Of a stretch of 47,759 bases of DNA, positions 44,425 through 47,759 are shown in pieces; the stretch's first letter is position 1; each line of letters starts with the position of its first letter. Under the pieces are notes generated by a model. It worked only from the letters and a program-made list of their open reading frames with translations. It made no database searches and had not been told where the DNA came from. Position numbers and translations under genes: made by a program. The stretch is from Piedraia hortae CBS 480.64. Its lineage: Eukaryota. The DNA lies in NCBI GenBank assembly GCA_010093745.1, contig MU006036.1, positions 1-47,759 on the forward strand, given 5' to 3'.

Positions 44425-46221
44425 CTACGCGACTACCAGGATCAGGGCCGCGAGGATGGCCCATGTTACTGCTTTTGTGATTGGAATGGAGGTGCCGTCG
44501 GCACTGTTGATGTTGTGCACCGCGCCGAGGAAACTGCATGTTACGCTGCTGTTGTCGCTCTTCTTCCCGTAGCTCGCTTCCAGTCCCCGACCGCTGACCG
44601 GACAGCCAAAGTTCATTGATGCAGGACAGGTGCGGACTAGATCGTAGCAGAGATCCTCGCAGGGTTTGACTTCGTTGTAGGGACCCGGTTGGATGACTTC
44701 GTCGATTCGTGGATTGCGAGACCTGTTCGTTGCCATTGCCCATTGGTAGGTCTGCAATCTGGGACTGCCTTCTACCGTTGGGGCTTTGAGCATGGGCGGA
44801 TGGAGTGCGCTTAGGATATTTTGTGGGAGGTAACTGTCGTTGTTGTAGAATTTTTGCCCGACGTTGCGTTTTTGAAGCCATGATGATGGGTTGTTAAAGT
44901 CTTCGCACCGAGGGATGGATACTGCGCACAGCCAGTTCTTGTATGCGCCCGCGCAGTCGTCGCATGTGTGCACGGGCGAGTATTTTGCGTTTGCAGTCGT
45001 GTTGCATGCAATTTGCTGTAGGCTGCGGTTGAAGTTTTGGTACCAGAATTGCGTGTGGTTGTCGTAGAACTCACGCAGTTGGTCAATGTCGAATTTAAGA
45101 GGATTTGCTGGGACGGCGTAGGCGACTTCGTCGCAGAATGTCAAGTTGAACATGAGCTGGCAGTTGCCTACGACTTTGGTGGACCACTCGGTTGGTTTCC
45201 ACACTTTGCCTCCGCCGCCTACTACGCCGCTGCCGGAGGCGGTAGAGTTGCCTACCATGGCTCGTACGCCGACATATCGGCTGGACTGGTTTAGATGTGT
45301 AATGTAGAACCGTTCCTTGGGTTTCTTGCCCGGCCCCCACGTTGTCATCCCCATTTGTACGTGGCTTGCTTCCCCGTCTGGCGCCCCTTGTTGGCCTGCT
45401 ATCTGCGCTGCGTTGGACCAGCCGCAGAATGAATTGTTGAGACCCATTATGGCTGTGTGGTTTGCATTTGCTGCGAACATGATAAATGGGTCTGTCAGGT
45501 TCATCCACTGTTGGATCACAGTGTCCGAGGCATTATCCCGCGTTAGGTTGCTCGTTACGAACAAGGCAGTGCTGATATCTGAATCGACCAGAGTCAAAGC
45601 CGGAGTACTCGGCTCAGCAGCGTGGTAGTAAGCGTCTTTGGAAATGGCCAATTCAAAGTTCCAAAAACCTACGAATCCACTAGGCAGGGTCGGCGCATGT
45701 ACCGCCACGAACCAGTCGCCGTCGTCAGCCATAAGAGATATGTTGGCAAATCCTTGATCCAGCGGCTTGATTGTCTGTTCTATGCCCCCTGGCCCTAACT
45801 TAACGTTACCAGGCTGTGTGGAGACATATAGAGTCAGTTGCGGTGGAGCAGCAGTCTGCACTCCCGTTCCGTTCCATCCTGGCTGGAGACAGGTATTGAT
45901 GGAGATGTAAATCTGCTCTGCATTCTGCCTTTTCCGCAGGTCTCCATGGTGGTGTTTATGGCGGCCGTCTTCAACGTGTTCGTGGTCTCCCGGCAGCCCC
46001 GGAGTCTTGGGTGCGTGGTCAGCCTGTAGCAGTTCCTTGGGGTATCTCAATAATGTCGTATTTCCCGGGAAGATGTTATGCTTGGACGGTACATTGTTGC
46101 CCCCGATCGCTTCTGCAGCTGTCTCTGTTGGCGTATTGGGTGAATTCCCCTTGGTCTGCTGCGCCCATGTCGTCGCGACCAGCGCTACTATCACAGTAAT
46201 CCATCTAATGCCTAGGCGCAT
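44425..46221 (-). CDS. MID1: Mid1 calcium-channel regulatory subunit, 598 aa
   Basis: Signal peptide; YISINTCLQP; NCQLMFNLTFCDEVAYAVP; YS...TCDDC..AYKNWLCAVSIPRC; SRNP.ID..I.PGPY.E..PC.DLC; hydrophobic C-terminus. Confidence 0.95.
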   Translation of the reverse strand: MRLGIRWITVIVALVATTWAQQTKGNSPNTPTETAAEAIGGNNVPSKHNIFPGNTTLLRYPKELLQADHAPKTPGLPGDHEHVEDGRHKHHHGDLRKRQNAEQIYISINTCLQPGWNGTGVQTAAPPQLTLYVSTQPGNVKLGPGGIEQTIKPLDQGFANISLMADDGDWFVAVHAPTLPSGFVGFWNFELAISKDAYYHAAEPSTPALTLVDSDISTALFVTSNLTRDNASDTVIQQWMNLTDPFIMFAANANHTAIMGLNNSFCGWSNAAQIAGQQGAPDGEASHVQMGMTTWGPGKKPKERFYITHLNQSSRYVGVRAMVGNSTASGSGVVGGGGKVWKPTEWSTKVVGNCQLMFNLTFCDEVAYAVPANPLKFDIDQLREFYDNHTQFWYQNFNRSLQQIACNTTANAKYSPVHTCDDCAGAYKNWLCAVSIPRCEDFNNPSSWLQKRNVGQKFYNNDSYLPQNILSALHPPMLKAPTVEGSPRLQTYQWAMATNRSRNPRIDEVIQPGPYNEVKPCEDLCYDLVRTCPASMNFGCPVSGRGLEASYGKKSDNSSVTCSFLGAVHNINSADGTSIPITKAVTWAILAALILVVA

Positions 46222-46516
46222 GGTGTTGCCACCGCCGCGATGGCCGGGAGCCTTGTACTCAGGTCGATCACGTGATGTGTCTTTACAGGAAAAGGAACAG
46301 AGTTTCTTGGCGAATCACAGAGGTGGATAGGATACAAGTTTCTTGGTAATCACAAAGGTGGGAAGAATGTTCGAGAGGTTTTAGGATGTTTAAGAGCTGT
46401 GTGTTCTCCAGGGAGATAGTCGACGGTGTATATGTAGGAACAGATAGTCCTTCTGCAAAACGAGCACTATTCTACAAAACTCCCCAACACCACGCTAAGA
46501 ACGACCAAGCCCAAAT

Positions 46517-47634
46517 CTATTTGGCTGTAAAAAGTTCAGGATTCATGTTCAGCTTGCACAGCTTGGCCACGCATCCAGCCAGCTGCAAATACGTCTGCAC
46601 TCCCTCGAGGATGCGCATGTGGGTGAAGCCAATCTCCCTTATAAACTCCAGCTTGGAGTGTTCTGAGAGTGACGGCATGGTTTTTGTCACTCTGAACATT
46701 GTGCTGATGATGTCGTGGGAGGAGTATCCTAGGTTCCTGGAGATGCGTTAGCAGAGCAGAAGAAGTAGTGTATATGCTTACCACAATTCCTTCAGCCCAT
46801 CCAACGCCTCATCCACCTTTTGGTTCTGGCAATTCTTGATCATGGCCTGAACCTTTACCGGATGAGGACTATCGACCACTCTAAACACATTGTCACCGCT
46901 GACGAAGCCGAAACCGGCCCAGGTTGACTGCAGATTATTGATGGCCTGCCGCATGTCACCCTCAGCGCTGAAGACAAGGGCAGCGATGCCATCATCGCTG
47001 TACTCGACGCCTTCAGCTTTGCAAATCTGATAAAGCCTCTTGACCACCTGGCCGTCTGTGAGTCTGGAGTAGCGCAGAATAGCACAGCGTGACTGCAGCG
47101 GCTCAATAATTTTGTTACTTTGGTTGCAAGCAAATGCAAAGCGCGTGGTGCCAGAGTAAATCTCCATGGTCCTACGCAGCGCCTGTTGGGCGCCGGATGT
47201 CATGCTGTCGGCCTCATCCAGGATCACAATCTTGTGTCTACCCGCCGGCAGCGTAACTTTCTTCTGTGCAAACCCCTTGATTCTGTTTCGAACCACGTCG
47301 ATGCCGCGTTCGTCTGACGCGTTGAGCTCCAGTACCGCCTCTTTGTAAGCGTCGCCCAGCAATTGGCGGGCAAGACAGAGGATCGACGTCGTCTTGCCAA
47401 TGCCGGGAGTTCCGCTAATGATTACGTGTGGCATATTGCCATCTTTTGCGATCATCTTGAGCCGCTCAATCGTTTCTGTGTTGCCCACGACATCATCGAG
47501 GTACACTGGCCGGTACTTTTCCACCCTGAAGACAGTTAAACAAGATATTCACAGCAGTTGCAGCCATACCATGGTAGCTCACTGCTGGCCGCTCCGTTAA
47601 TCCCAACGTCCTTGGACGAACCCGCCTTCGCCAT
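46517..47634 (-). CDS. RFC4: replication factor C small subunit (yeast Rfc4 / human RFC2), 3 exons (introns 47569-47526, 46781-46737)
   Basis: [57 protein letters not shown]. Confidence 0.95.
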
Positions 47635-47651
47635 GGTGTTCCTGTCGCGAA

Positions 47652-47688
47652 TCTGACGCGGTCTGACGCGGTGTCACGCGTCACGCGT
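47652..47688. promoter_or_regulatory. MCB (MluI cell-cycle box) cluster upstream of RFC4
   Basis: ACGCGT at 47676 and 47683 plus tandem TCTGACGCGG x2, all within about 55 bp of the ATG of a replication gene. Confidence 0.65.
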
Positions 47689-47711
47689 CTCGCTTGCTGA
47701 CTCAGCACCAC

Positions 47712-47759
47712 TATCTATTATAATTGTGAGCAGATGTGTACCTGCATACAAATCTCTAC
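47712..47759 (-). repeat. 48-bp repeat, perfect reverse complement of 16-63, running off the window end
   Basis: Direct comparison, 48/48. Confidence 0.9.

Noticed and set aside
16..47759. Whole window as one giant transposon (Starship-like or TIR element)
   Set aside because: No tyrosine-recombinase captain or intact transposase at either end, and the content includes essential single-copy genes (RFC4, RPC82, QCR2)
1..47759. tRNA, rRNA or CRISPR arrays
   Set aside because: None recognised by eye; small ncRNAs cannot be excluded without Infernal or tRNAscan-SE

Overview
Eukaryotic, filamentous-ascomycete DNA. The gene set and 43-52 nt GT-AG introns with CTRAC-type branch points point to a compact Pezizomycotina genome; the species cannot be fixed from sequence alone. 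The right part (about 28.1-47.7 kb) is a tightly packed housekeeping block: a conserved hypothetical gene, byr4/BFA1, XRCC4, an orphan gene, an Ebp1/AFF-like gene, RPC82, QCR2, ATP15 (missed by the ORF track), MAK10, MID1 and RFC4. The left part holds a carbonyl-reductase SDR and a conserved 666-aa hypothetical gene, followed by a decayed accessory island (about 5.9-28 kb). The island contains a multiply disabled NACHT-WD40 NLR with an N-terminal Pro/Ser/Gln repeat array, a disabled protein kinase, four orphan single-pass membrane proteins, a split hAT transposase whose motifs match a family I know mainly from oomycetes, Ty1/copia debris, and two inverted solo-LTR-like repeats that bracket the NLR. 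A Tc2/pogo-like MITE and a further copia 5' end lie at about 35-36 kb. The two window ends carry a perfect 48-bp inverted repeat, with a diverged third copy at 23.1 kb. All family calls come from motif recognition; no database searches were run.
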